Shown: positions 11,761 through 23,570, numbered from the stretch's first letter. The stretch: DNA of 64,000 bases from Octopus sinensis (GCF_006345805.1 NC_043001.1:47864001-47928000), one strand, 5' to 3'. Made by a program: numbers and translations. The notes: generated by a model not told the origin, from the sequence alone.

Positions 11761-12444
11761 CTCAGAAAAAAAAAAACCCTGTAAATTTTATTTATATGAA
11801 GGCAAATGTCATATTGGAATACCCAGCATATTTCATTCGTACGTGCCGGCTCACAACACTTTCTGAATGGAACCCTGAAAGATTTTTAGTAGTAAGGTTT
11901 GCTTGTTAATGATGACCCATGCCTGTTCTAAACTTTATCATATCAGGCTTGAATGAGTCATCACTTATGTGTTTGCTCGTTGTGGACGATCCCATCTTTA
12001 AGGCAATATAAATGGCGGGAATCAAAGTTTAAGTTTTCTTTGTCGGATGTAGGCTGCCGATACACGAATTTTGTGAATTTACTATCTGCTCAAGTTATTC
12101 GCTCACCCTCAAAAGCTAGCTTATTATTTTCTTCCTTTCAATATCTTTGTCAGGTAAATGATATATATATATATATATATGGAACAAGCAAGTGGCAACC
12201 CCCCCCCAAAAAAAAAAATAGTGGGAGAATACCCCAAGTATGGTCGACGGAAGAAAAATCTACCGCCGTGAATTTAATAAATGATTCAGTTCGAAATTCC
12301 GAATTCAGTTCGAATTATCAAATGCGATAGGCACCCGAAGAAGGCCCGAAATTTTATGACATTAAAAAAATTAGGACATGGATCCGAATATATCAGTGTA
12401 TGATGGCCTTTTCTAATATAGGCACAAGCCTTGAAATTTGTTGG

Positions 12445-12630
12445 AGGAGCAGTCGATTACAATGATCTGAGTGATTGATTGGTACTTTATTTTATCGATA
12501 CGAAAGGATTAACGACAATATCGGCCTTAGCAAACTTTGAAATTAGAACGCAAAACCGGAAGAAATTCCGTTAATTATTTTGTCCGGCGTGCTAACGGTT
12601 CTGTCACCTACCACCTTCTAGCCACCTTAA
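12445..12630 (-). mobile_element. SINE family A copy (diverged)
   Basis: GTCGATTAC...TGGTACTTTATTTTATCGAT...TTTGTCCGGCGTGCTAACGGTTCTGTCA. Confidence 0.65.
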
Positions 12631-14329
12631 TAATAATAATAAGAAGAAGAAGAAGAAGAATTCTTCATCTCACAAGCGCAGAAAAAAATTCATGTCGACT
12701 CAGTTCACACATTGCTTGCAGTCATCTTCGTTACTCACCACCGCATATTGGACGGGTTAATACAAACTCCTTGGAGATGTTTGCCCATTTATTTACCTGT
12801 TTGTCTCTTCTTTCAGTCGTAAGCCATCACCGTCCCATATCGCTCCATATCGTCCCATATGAGTTATATGGATTGAACACATATTCAGTACATTTTGTTT
12901 GCGTTAGAGTAGAGTTATCAACCCTGTTCTGTTATCGCATCTATAGTGAATAGACGCTCTGAAAAATTTCCCTCTTCTATTGCTCTCAAATCGAGCATAC
13001 TAGGTTGTAAAGTGCGTTCCTTGGGATTATGTCCCAAGATAAAAACCGCCACTTTCCTCTGAGCTATTAACACATTACTTTTATTTCCGTACATCCAAAT
13101 CAACAAAAGAACATTTAAACGGTTTCTTCACGGCTAAAACTAGCCCTGGCTCATTACTCTAATATCGTTCTTGTCAAACATGGTTGTCTTAAAAATGTAA
13201 TTAAATATTTCTTCATATAGCTCTGGGGAAATATTATGCCTGGGATGTCTTAAAAATGTAACTAAATATTGCTTGATATAGCTCTGAGGATATATTATGT
13301 CTGAAAAAAAAAAGACGAGATGGCTAAAACACTTTTGTTCATAGATAAGTTTTGATCGGAGCTGAATTACAAAAAAGATTAATAAAATAGACGTAGAATT
13401 ATATCACTTATTTGGCATACATTGTCATAAAGGATATTGTTGTTGTTGGTTGTACTTGTTGTTTATTACCTGATCAGTACTAACTGAGCAGACCTATGAT
13501 CAAAGATGTTACAACCACGACCATCTTGCCTTCCCTAACATTGAGGGCTTTTGCTGTTAGAGTGATTTGGGGGGGGGTGATTGCTATGTCTAGCAGGTCA
13601 AGCGACCAAGTCGATGTAGACTCTTCTTTGGTGACGTGACTATCTGTGAGACGGTTTGTGTAAGTAAAATGGTTTATATAACAGTCTTCAGTGTTAATGT
13701 ATTGTGATATACGAGATCACGTCAGCGAAGGTTTCTCCACTAAGATAATCTTGTACATTCAACGCATCTGAGTCATTGACTTTGATAATAGATTACAGTA
13801 AGAAATAGACAACCCATTGATGTTTGTCACGATCGATTTTAATGGATCAGATGTTACATGGGGCGTATAAGACGACCGCTTGGTTTAACAATCATTTATA
13901 ATAGCTTCAAAATATCTTTCTGTACTCAGACATATTTAATACTTTGAATATTTTATCAGAGGTTTTGTTGATTTCGTTTTTGTACTTTGATTTCCTATTC
14001 CGTTAAAATACATAAACGACACACTGACACAAACACACACACACACACACACACACTCACATGCACACGCACGTGCGCACGCACACAAACACACACACGC
14101 ACACATTATAATATCAGAGATTCGACAGAATAGGAGAAGGTTAGTTACACATATATGGTCTTCCAACCAGATATTGACTACAGTATCCAACAGCTTCACA
14201 GAGCCGTCTAAACCGAGTTTAAGGTTCTGTTCAAGGATGTGAAGTCGAACGACGATGTGCGAAGGCAGTCAGGACGCCTGCCGGTACCCTTCCTACTGGG
14301 TGCAGATTCATAGTCACCTGTGATACCAG

Positions 14330-14640
14330 AGATTCGACAGAACAGGGGAAATTTAGTTACAGCAGGCTAGAATACAAGGAAAACATTCGATTCTATTTCC
14401 CAGTTGTGGATACTAGAAGACCTTCGATTTGTTAAAGTTTCAAAGAGAATCGTGAAAGCAACAGACAACATGATTTCGACCAGGGCCATTGACCCGAAGT
14501 TAAATACAAGGAAGGATTTCCTGTGAAACACCTAAATGTTTCAAGAGATGCAGATTCTGTAGAAGTAACACCAGAGATGCAACTTGCTTCATATGCAGAT
14601 ATGCGAAAATATCATCACAATGTTATCTGCCTATGAGGCA
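14330..14640 (+). mobile_element. Short degraded R4/Dong-type RT fragment
   Basis: Plus frame NLVTAG*NTRKTFDSISQLWILEDLRFVKVSKRIVKA resembles the NL.TAW.DY.KAFDS....WILE.L RT motif. Confidence 0.5.
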
Positions 14641-16582
14641 TAAAGTAGAGACCAAACATTTAAACATTGCAATCCATAAAAGGAATACTCCTGAAGATAA
14701 ATATATAAGGTTTATTATATCAAAAAAGGCTTTTGAAATGTTCCTGTAAAACCTATGTAAAACTTAGACCAGGCTTAAGATTCTGAGGGCACCCCGACAA
14801 TTTCGCGTGTGACAATTCAGTATGAGGACAGTTCTGCGCAAAGACAATTCAGCGCATCGTGTTTATGTGTTTATGAAATTTAATTTAATTTATTTTGTTT
14901 TCAAAATTTCTAAACTTTCCAACTTCGTCGTTACAAGTTTGTTGGTATCTCAACAACAACTGAAGAAGTTTTAGTTTTTAAAAGTGCTGATAGTACAAAA
15001 TACCAGTAAATAAGTGGTAATGTTTTAGATTGTTAGCACTAACAACCGTTGAATATGTGGTAGCGTTTTCAATTGTTATTAGCCTGTAAACCTTTTGTTT
15101 TTCTATTTATACAAGTATGCCATTTCATTACTGGTGCATCTAATGATATTCCGAGAAGAATGATCCAAGATAAAATAAATGAAATTAAAATGTATGAGTC
15201 CCACATAGTTTCATTCTACTATAAATCGAAAACATTACTTTCTTCTGTAATTATTAATCAATTCTCATAGAACAAACCCAAAATCAAAGGATTTCCAACC
15301 GTGAGTATTCTATCTTTTCTACAGTTATAGTGCTTCTGAGGCTTTGTATATTCTTTCTTTTCTACTCTAGGCACAAGAGGAGCCAGTCGATTAGATCGAT
15401 CCCAGTACGCAACTGGTACTTAGTTTATCGACCCCGAAAGGATGAAAGCGTAATATACAACCCGTCTTTCTTTTTGCTTCAGTTGGTAGAATAGGATTGT
15501 ACGAGACTTGGCTGCTATTGCTAATATGTCTGGAGGTGACATATAGTCTCTCTTGGTTTCATGGATATTATAGTGTATTCAATTCATATTTATTACAGAC
15601 ATTTTGTCGAGGTTTTGTCGGCAGACTGTATTCTTGCATGATTCCATTTATCCAAATGCTCACATTTTCATACATGGCATATAAGGCGATTTTTCGCTTT
15701 GAAATGTTAAAAAAAAATTTAAATAAACATTCAAATACCGTCTTTTTTGTCGACATATTGTGATGAATTTATTCTTCTTTTCTCAGTCGTCTTGGTTGCT
15801 GCAAAACTAAATAATTGCTGAGAGCACGTTTGGTGTTGATTATACAGTACACAACACACAAAGCTGTTCATCAAAGTTTAGACGGATATTCTTCACTATA
15901 ATTTTGTCGTTCACATTAGCTTGTTATAGTAATAGTTAATTGGATGTTTTCTTCGATAAATGCCAAAGAAACAACGTTATGATATCCAAGCGAAAAAGGA
16001 GAAAAAAATAGAGAAAAAAAACAACAGCAACAACGATATTTAAAAATTTAGAACGACGATCACGACGTCAGATTTCTCTTCAACAAGGTATGGTTGTCAA
16101 AGGCAACAATAACACACTCTAAATTCATTGTTTTCTAAATATCAAAGAAAAGAATCTTGTCTCTGAGCGACCGACATTTGTTGTGTTGAACGATCCGCCA
16201 TTAAGTGAAAAGGCATGCAAGCAATTATGCACATTATATTTTAGTGTTTTGTTTTCTCATGCTTCTTTCAATGGTATTTTGTTATATTACATTGTTGTAT
16301 TGTACTATATTACATTACATTATATTAAATTATATATTATACTATTTAGTATTATATTACATTACGTTATTGGTTTCTTACATAGGCGAAGAGGCTCAAA
16401 TGTGATGGATGAGTATAACTGATAAAATCGAACCAATAATAAACTGGCGCTTTATTTCATCGAGCAAGCATGGATGAAAAGCAAAGTCAACCTCAGTGAG
16501 ACTTGAAACTGGAACACAGAAAAAAAACCCACAACGATAATGAGTACCTCGAGACAGTTTTGCCGTTCCTTTACCGTTTCTT

Positions 16583-16813
16583 ATTTTTTTTATTGCCCAC
16601 AAGGAGCTAAACATAGAGGAGACAAACAAGGACAGACAAAGAGATTAAGTCGATTACATCGACCCCAGGACATAACTGGTAATTAATCGACCCCAAAAGG
16701 ATGAAAGGCAAAGTCGACCTCGGTTGAATTTGAACTCAGAACGTAACGGCAGGCGAAATACAGCCAAGCATTTCGGCGGGTGGGCGCGCTAACGTTTCTG
16801 CCAGTTCGCCGCC
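16583..16813 (-). mobile_element. Near-full-length SINE family A copy
   Basis: Reverse complement runs from GGCGGCGAACTGGCAGAAACGTTAG through the B-box to the tail ...CTCCTTGTGGGCAATA. Confidence 0.85.
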
Positions 16814-17403
16814 GTCTCTTTACCGTTCCCGTTAATCCAACAACCTCAATTATTGATTCTTGACACATTTGACTATTTTGTAAAGAAACCGGATACAATC
16901 AATAAAGTCTACCTCATTACGTTATTATTACAGTACCAGAGATATGAAGGCCAAAGTCTAAACTGTCAAGGTTTCAACTAAGAACCTGAGAAGGCATGTA
17001 TACATACGGTGAAGAATTTAGTCAGTCTCATTAGTGTTTCTATTGATGAACTGCGATGTGGAGTGACAAAAACGATAGCATGCCATACACCTTTCCCAAC
17101 TTTCAGAGATCAAATCCTGCTGCTTTCTACTGTGTCTTATTGTCCGGCTGAGGGTGATCAAATACGTATCGAAGATATACCCGGAACCTGCCTTGTCTTA
17201 AGGCAAAGAAACAACTAGTGATATTATTTTAAACGTTTATTCTTTTATTTGTTTCAGTCATTGAATTTTGGACATACTAAGACACAGCCTTAATGTGTTT
17301 AGCCGATCGTGTAGACCTCAGTATTTATTTTTAAGAACGTTCGTACCCGAAGATAGAAAAAAAAAATCACGCGTGCAGACGCACACGCACGTACACGCAC
17401 GTA

Positions 17404-17552
<149 letters not shown>

Positions 17553-18208
17553 TCACAATATATCAATATATACAGAGAGTTGGATTTGATTTTTCAGGGG
17601 CTCTTCACTGTACACTCAAGCACCACATATATACATTCATACGTGCTTGCATGCATGGATACACACAGGCGTGCATACATACATACATGCATGCATACAT
17701 ACATTCATACATGCTTACATACGCACAACGATCACCAGCACACACACTCAATCACACATATACACGCGTTTACACATATATACATTACATAGGTATATAT
17801 AAACTTATATATATATGTATTAGTATGTATGTGTACATATATACATGTATATTAGTATGTATGCATGTGTGTATATATATATATACATGTATATTAGTAT
17901 GTATGCATGTAATGAGTGAGGAATTAACTCTTTAGCATTACCTTATGTTATCTTGTTGGGGTTTGAAGGTGTAAAAAATATATTAATAATTGATGCTGCT
18001 TCCGTCTCTCTAAACCCGAACTTCTTACATATCATCAAAGAATGGTCCAATAAAAAAAGTATTTGCGTTATTCTTGATTCAAATTCCAACCCACGCAAAA
18101 GTTCTCTTCACACCATTCATATACATACTCTCACATACTTCATACGCACATATACATATACACACACATATACATATACACATACGCACATATACATATA
18201 CACATACA

Positions 18209-18438
18209 AAGGCGGCGTTGGCAGACTCGTTAGCGCGCCGGGCGAAATGCTTAGCGGTATTTCGTCTGTCGTTACGTTCTGAGTTCAAATTCCGCCGAGG
18301 CCGACTTTACCTTTCATCCTTTCGGGGTCGATAAATAAAGTACCAGTTTCGCACTGGGGTCGATGTAATCGACTTAATCCCTTTGTCTGTCCTTGTTTGT
18401 CCCCTCTATGTTTAGCCCCTTGTGGGCAATAAAGAAAT
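18209..18438 (+). mobile_element. Full-length SINE family A copy (cleanest in window)
   Basis: AAGGCGGCGTTGGCAGACTCGTTAG (A-box) ... GAGTTCAAATTCC (B-box) ... CCTTTCATCCTTTCGGGGTCGATAAAT ... GTGGGCAATAAAGAAATA. Confidence 0.9.
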
Positions 18439-18989
18439 ATATACATATACACACACTTGCACACACATACGTACCCACATACGTACGCCCAGAAACACGC
18501 TCATGTGCGAACCCACAAAAACACACAGGCATGGTTACAACGACACACCCACACACGCGCCACGTCACCTCTCTCTCTCATGTATACATACACACACACA
18601 CACACACGCACGTACATATATTTCCACACTCACAAACTGACACACACTTATATGCACATCTATACACACACATGCTCATACAGACACACACACCTACACA
18701 CGTGCAGACGCACATATATATAGACACACGCACACTCATACGCACATACACACACATACATTCCCACTCCGAATATACGCACACATGTAAACAGACAGGC
18801 ACACAGATACTACCACACACAACACACATACACACAAGCACATACTATTCACGCAAACACGCGCGCATACAAATACTAAACACACATACACACACATACA
18901 CACATATACACACATACTGACCATCTTTGCACGCTCTTGTCCCAAAGAACACTCTCTGTATATCTTTCTACTTCCGATCACTTTAGCAA

Positions 18990-19140
18990 TGTAACTAGAG
19001 ACGTGCTGTTGGCGATTTCTTTCCTATCTTGGGACTTCTCCCTTTCTCTCTATCGACGAAGAGCTATGCTCGAAACGTCAAACTCTCTCTTTTCCCCGAG
19101 TGTCAAGCCAATCCATTTCCTCAGCACACCCTCTTGTACG
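18990..19140 (+). mobile_element. Penelope pseudo-LTR-like repeat with a decayed hammerhead motif
   Basis: GTTGGCGATTT... then TCGACGAA-GAGC[TAT]GCTC-GAAACGTC (19053-19079); shares blocks with the copies at ~20820-20960 and ~24665-24865. Confidence 0.5.
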
Positions 19141-19183
19141 TAAATTTTATTCGTTTATTTGAATTGACTATATATATATAAGT

Positions 19184-19589
19184 AATAATAAATCTCTGAG
19201 CGAGGTATAAACAGTAGCTGCAACACATCGTGGAGTATTTTTGGCATTTAAATATGGCTAGCCCCTAAGGGTGGATGCTACTGTAACTTGTAGCCCCAGG
19301 AGGACACCTCCTCCAGCTGGCTATTGACAAACTTTCTGTGCCCTATCAGTATTTTCAAAGAGAAGCTATCCTTCCCGTCGTCAACCTATGATACACACGG
19401 ACTTGAGTTTCTGGATATTGACCCGTCATCAGCGCGTAAGGGCTCCCTTTGCAAATATATATCCTTTTTCCGGTGACGAAAAGTCACTGATATCGAAAAA
19501 GCGTAAACAAGCAATAATAAATCTCTGAGCGAGGTATAAACAGTAGCTGCAACACATTGGGAAGTATATTTGCCATTTAAATATGGCTA
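19184..19589 (-). mobile_element. Retrozyme-like / pseudo-LTR-like element: 329-bp unit with 77-bp terminal direct repeats
   Basis: 19184-19260 and 19513-19589 are direct repeats (72/77 identical by my count), period 329 bp; a hammerhead lies on the minus strand inside. Confidence 0.65.
19394..19438 (-). ncRNA. Minimal type I hammerhead ribozyme
   Basis: Minus RNA: UACGCG CUGAUGA C GGGU[CAAU]AUCC A GAA AC[UCAA]GU C / CGUGUG. Stem I is 6 bp (2 GU), the core is intact, stem II is 4 bp closed by a C-A mismatch, stem III is 2 bp, and the GUC cleavage site falls between 19400 and 19399. Confidence 0.7.
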
Positions 19590-19619
19590 TATACTTCACG
19601 GTATATATATATATATATA

Positions 19620-19696
19620 CATACATACATACATACATACTACATACATACATACATACATACACATACATACATACATACATACATACATACATA
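19620..19696. repeat. (CATA)n microsatellite
   Basis: Direct reading. Confidence 0.9.
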
Positions 19697-20294
19697 GTAC
19701 AAATATACAGTAATGAAAAAAGCTGCCAAAGTTCTTTAAAATATCTTTTGTTTTACAATTTTGAATTCGCTGTATTTAGTATTTTACTGAAGCAATTAAC
19801 AAATATGCACTAAACTGTACTAGTAATTAGTATGAGGCTTGGTTTTATCTGCTGTTAAAAACAGATGTTGCCATTTTCAATAACAGAAAAAATAATAGTC
19901 AATACAAAAACAAAAGCACTTGTAAAGTTTACATATTTTTTAATTTGATGAAAATGACTTTGACTAAATAGCTATCTCATTTCGCCGTCAGCTCTTTTGT
20001 AAGAGTCAATTGCATCAAATTATATAACAATTACTGCGAACGGGACAAGCGGAAACTCCAGAATTTATAAATATTTATATTTTTAGTTTTAGTTTTTTGA
20101 TGTATAAATTTAGTTATTGATCTTTAATGATATTGTTTCATTCCATAAAAAAATTTGATTTCGTTACACAGATAAGTATGTTTACAACTCAGCACTCATA
20201 AAGCTTATTTCAATTATGTCAAAAATGTTGATTTCTGTCTTCAATTGCGTTCCGTAGTTAAAGTCGATGATTTCAGCTCAACACTCAAACTTGC

Positions 20295-20420
20295 TTAAGC
20301 TTGCTTCCCAACCTCATAGTTTCGGACTCAGTCTCACTATGTTTTACTTTGACCAAGTGTCCTCTAGTATAACCCCGCTCTGCACAAAACATTGCGAGTA
20401 GATTTGGTGGACGTAAAATG
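20295..20420 (+). mobile_element. SINE family B (CORE-like) 5' fragment
   Basis: AAGCTTGCTTCCCAACC...TCAGTCTCACT...CTTTGACCAAGTGTCCTCTAGTATA...GATTTGGTGGACG matches the family B head in sense orientation. Confidence 0.6.
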
Positions 20421-20427
20421 TATGCTA

Positions 20428-20481
<54 letters not shown>

Positions 20482-20512
20482 ATATATACATGTATCTGTA
20501 CAAACATACACA

Positions 20513-20739
20513 CACGATGGGGTGCTGAAAAGTTCCAAACTTTGGGCAAAAGAAAATACCGGAGGATCAGTTAATTGTAATTTTTATTCAACATATTCCT
20601 CTCTCAGATTCAGACATTTTTTGCAATGGCCCTTCAGTTTATGCTCCTTCTATAAAACAACTCGGGATGTTGGGTCTCTAACCATGCCTCTTTTTACGAT
20701 ACGCTTAAGCCAGAAACTTCTTTTTCAGTACCCCTCGTG
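20513..20739. mobile_element. Tc1/mariner-type MITE
   Basis: Left end CACGATGGGGTGCTGAAAAGTTCC versus reverse complement of right end CACGAGGGGTACTGAAAAAGAAGTTTC; imperfect mariner-like TIRs inserted among simple repeats. Confidence 0.65.
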
Positions 20740-20747
20740 TGTGTATG

Positions 20748-20807
<60 letters not shown>

Positions 20808-20819
20808 ATATATATATAG

Positions 20820-20960
20820 CCACTACACATTTTTTATTTTCTCTCCTTGTTTCTTTTTGTATTCCTTTCTGTGGAAGAGCGTAGGTTCGAAACGTTAAAG
20901 ACTTCTTCATTTCCTGAGTGTTAAACTAATACATCTGTTTATTGTCTTCGTCTTTTGGGT
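20820..20960 (+). mobile_element. Penelope pseudo-LTR-like repeat (decayed hammerhead-like core)
   Basis: TTCTGTGGAAGAGCGTAGGTTCGAAACGTTAAA followed by ...TTCCTGAGTGTTAAACTAATAC. Confidence 0.45.
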
Positions 20961-20989
20961 TTTTTTTTGTGAATTCTCCCCTATATATA

Positions 20990-21130
20990 TATGATGGGCT
21001 CCCTTCATTTTCCATCTACGATATTCACCCACAAAGGTTTCGGTAGGCCCGAGACTATAGTAGAGGAAACTTGCCCAAGGTACCATGCAATAGGAATGGA
21101 CCTAGAACCATGTGGCTGGGAAGCAAGCTT
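20990..21130 (-). mobile_element. SINE family B (CORE-like) 5' part
   Basis: CACAAAGGTTTCGGTAGGCCCGAGACTATAGTAGAGGAAACTTGCCCAAGGTACC...AGAACCATGTGG..GGGAAGCAAGCTT. Confidence 0.75.
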
Positions 21131-21132
21131 CC

Positions 21133-21365
21133 TATTTCTTTACTGCCCATAAGGGGCTACACACAGAGGGGACAAACAAGGACAGACAAACAGATTAAGT
21201 CGAATTTATCGACCCCAGTGCGTAACTGGTACTTATTTAATCGACTCCGAAAGGATGAAAGGCAAAGTCGACCGCGGCGGAATTTGAACTCTGAACGTAG
21301 CAACTGACGAAATACCGCTAAGCATTTCGCCCTACGTGCTAATGTTACTGCCAGCTCGCCGCCTT
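21133..21365 (-). mobile_element. Full-length SINE family A copy
   Basis: Reverse complement is colinear with 18209-18438 from head to tail. Confidence 0.88.
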
Positions 21366-21826
21366 GTTACTACACAGCCACTCAAAATTGTTGGTCTTGT
21401 TCTTTGTGAAAATTGTCGTCGAAGTTGTTGCTATTGTTACCTTTGTCGAAGATAACGATTAATTAAACGCAATTGTTTATGGTTTCATAACAGCAATATT
21501 TCAAACCTTTGTTCTTTGTTGATCTTGTTGTCATTATATCATCATTGTTGCTTTTGTTGTTCAGCAGCTCCAGTCATATCATTGCTTATGCAAGACAACG
21601 GCACATTAGTCGTTGGACGATTAATGTGCCAGTTGCTGCACTACAAATCCATCACGTGATTATCTGTTTAAAAGGCAACTGTGTATCCCGGTATATATAT
21701 GCAGAAGACAAAACTAAATACATTGAAAACACATAGGGAGTCGATAAAATATGTATCAGTTGAGCAGAGGGATCGATGTAATCGATCTTACACCATTCTC
21801 TTAAATTCTTGGCTTTGTACAAAAAT

Positions 21827-21885
<59 letters not shown>
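21827..21885. repeat. (TAT)n microsatellite
   Basis: Direct reading. Confidence 0.95.
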
Positions 21886-21887
<2 letters not shown>

Positions 21888-22090
21888 GGCGGCGAGGTGG
21901 TAGAATTGTTAGCACGCTGGACGAAATGCTTAGCGGTATTTCGACTGTCGCTACGTTCTGATTTCAAATTCCACCGAAGTCGACTATGCTTTTCATCGTT
22001 CGGGGTCGATAGAATAAGTACCAGTTGAACATTGGGGTCAATAATGTAATCGACTCATCCCAAGCTGCTCATGTGGCAAAAATTTGAAAT
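21886..22090 (+). mobile_element. SINE family A copy
   Basis: AAGGCGGCGAGGTGGTAGAATTGTTAG...GAAATGCTTAGCGGTATTTCG...TTCAAATTCC...GGGGTCGATAG..TAAGTACCAGTTG. Confidence 0.85.
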
Positions 22091-22114
22091 AATAATAATC
22101 ATTATTATTATTAT

Positions 22115-22126
22115 TAGTAGTAGTAT

Positions 22127-22174
<48 letters not shown>

Positions 22175-22215
22175 CAGCAGTGGTAGTAGTAGTAGCAGCA
22201 GCAGCAGTGGTAGTG

Positions 22216-22253
<38 letters not shown>
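22115..22253. repeat. (AGT/AGC)n microsatellite
   Basis: Direct reading. Confidence 0.9.
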
Positions 22254-22254
<1 letters not shown>

Positions 22255-22767
22255 TGATATTACAATTCCATTTGGAGAGTAGAAACAAAATCTCAAGTAC
22301 GTAAATAAATAAAAAAAAATAAACGTTAGAACATTGTGGTAAAAATGTCACAGGCAGAAAAACATCACATTTTATTTAAATACTTTAAATAGTTAATTCC
22401 ATAAGTAATATTTTAAGCCGTTAATAGTTAACCGACAGCACAACATTTGCGCACAGTTACAACACGACCCATTTCATAGTATTGCACATATGTGAGAAAG
22501 AAAGTAATTCTTTTTATTTCAGTTTCTTAGAAGAAAACAAGCAAAAGATATGTTAAATCTAGTTTTTTGTGATTTTTCTCAGTGACCATTTTTCAATTGA
22601 TTTTTATCCTGAGCCCTCTAATATAAATCTTCAATATAAATAAGTATATTTAAACAATTTTTTCAAAAAGTCAAATCAATGAAAATTATCAAAAATAATA
22701 CAGGTCGATAGTTTGTACTTTTACCTTGTATTTCAAGGTTGTACGTTTACCAGTATTTCAAGGTTAA

Positions 22768-22869
22768 GACCCGCTTTTCAGGAAATCTTCGGAGAAATGG
22801 TGTTGTGAGCTGGAACAGAGGAGCCAGCCCACGACACCTTTTCATAAGAGGTTTCCTGAAAAAGGGGTC
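22768..22869 (+). other. Long gapless inverted repeat / RNA hairpin (46-bp stem, 10-nt loop)
   Basis: Arms 22768-22813 and 22824-22869 pair at 39/46 positions (4 G-U on the plus strand) with no bulges; loop AACAGAGGAG. Confidence 0.8.
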
Positions 22870-23346
22870 CAAACAATGAAATATAGAAATAAAAGATGAT
22901 TGTATTTTATAACTTACATTGTTTTGGCTTTATGAAAAAATAATAAAAATCTTTTATGTATATCAAACGATGTTTTATGTAAAATATACAACTCAATATA
23001 AATGTTAGAAAGTTGATGAATTGGCAAAATCGGTGGAAAAAACAAACAAAATATTGTGTAGTATTTTCCAACCCTTTATATTTCGAGTTCAAATGTCACC
23101 GATATCAACTTTACCTTTCATTCTTCGAAGGTCGATAGAATAATATACTAATCATGTATTGGAGTCGATTTAATCGACTGATGCAGGTGTCCTCTCAGAA
23201 TTGTTCGAACAATAGACTGTAGCTGAGAATTGTGAACGAGTCTTCATAGGATAGCGTGTGTTTAAAGGGGAGGATGAGAGAATAAACTCCAAATGAGTAC
23301 AGTATTCTTGATAAGGCGCAGCGAATTTTCGTATTATTTAAGGTTG

Positions 23347-23570
23347 AAGGCAGCGAACTGGCAGAAACGTTACCATGCCGGATAAAAAAGGTTAGCAGCA
23401 ATTTTTCAGGCTTTACGTTCCGATTTCATGTTCCACTGATTTCAACTTTGACTTTCATCCGTTCGGGATTGATAGAAAAGTGCCAATTGACGACTGGGGT
23501 TGATGTAGTCCACTTGTACTCCTCTCATCCAAAGCTTCAGGTTTTGTGCCTACAGTACAAAGAATTATTA
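23347..23570 (+). mobile_element. SINE family A copy (diverged); another decayed copy follows at ~23600-23785
   Basis: AAGGCAGCGAACTGGCAGAAACGTTA...ACTTTGACTTTCATCCGTTCGGGATTGATAG. Confidence 0.7.

Noticed and set aside
11865-11880. GGAACCCTG as the right TIR of the hAT element at 10215
   Set aside because: Poor match, and not followed by the expected CTCTAAAG duplication.
17009-17218. 69-aa ORF and a possible minus-strand exon with a good acceptor
   Set aside because: No homology recognised; cannot be distinguished from chance.
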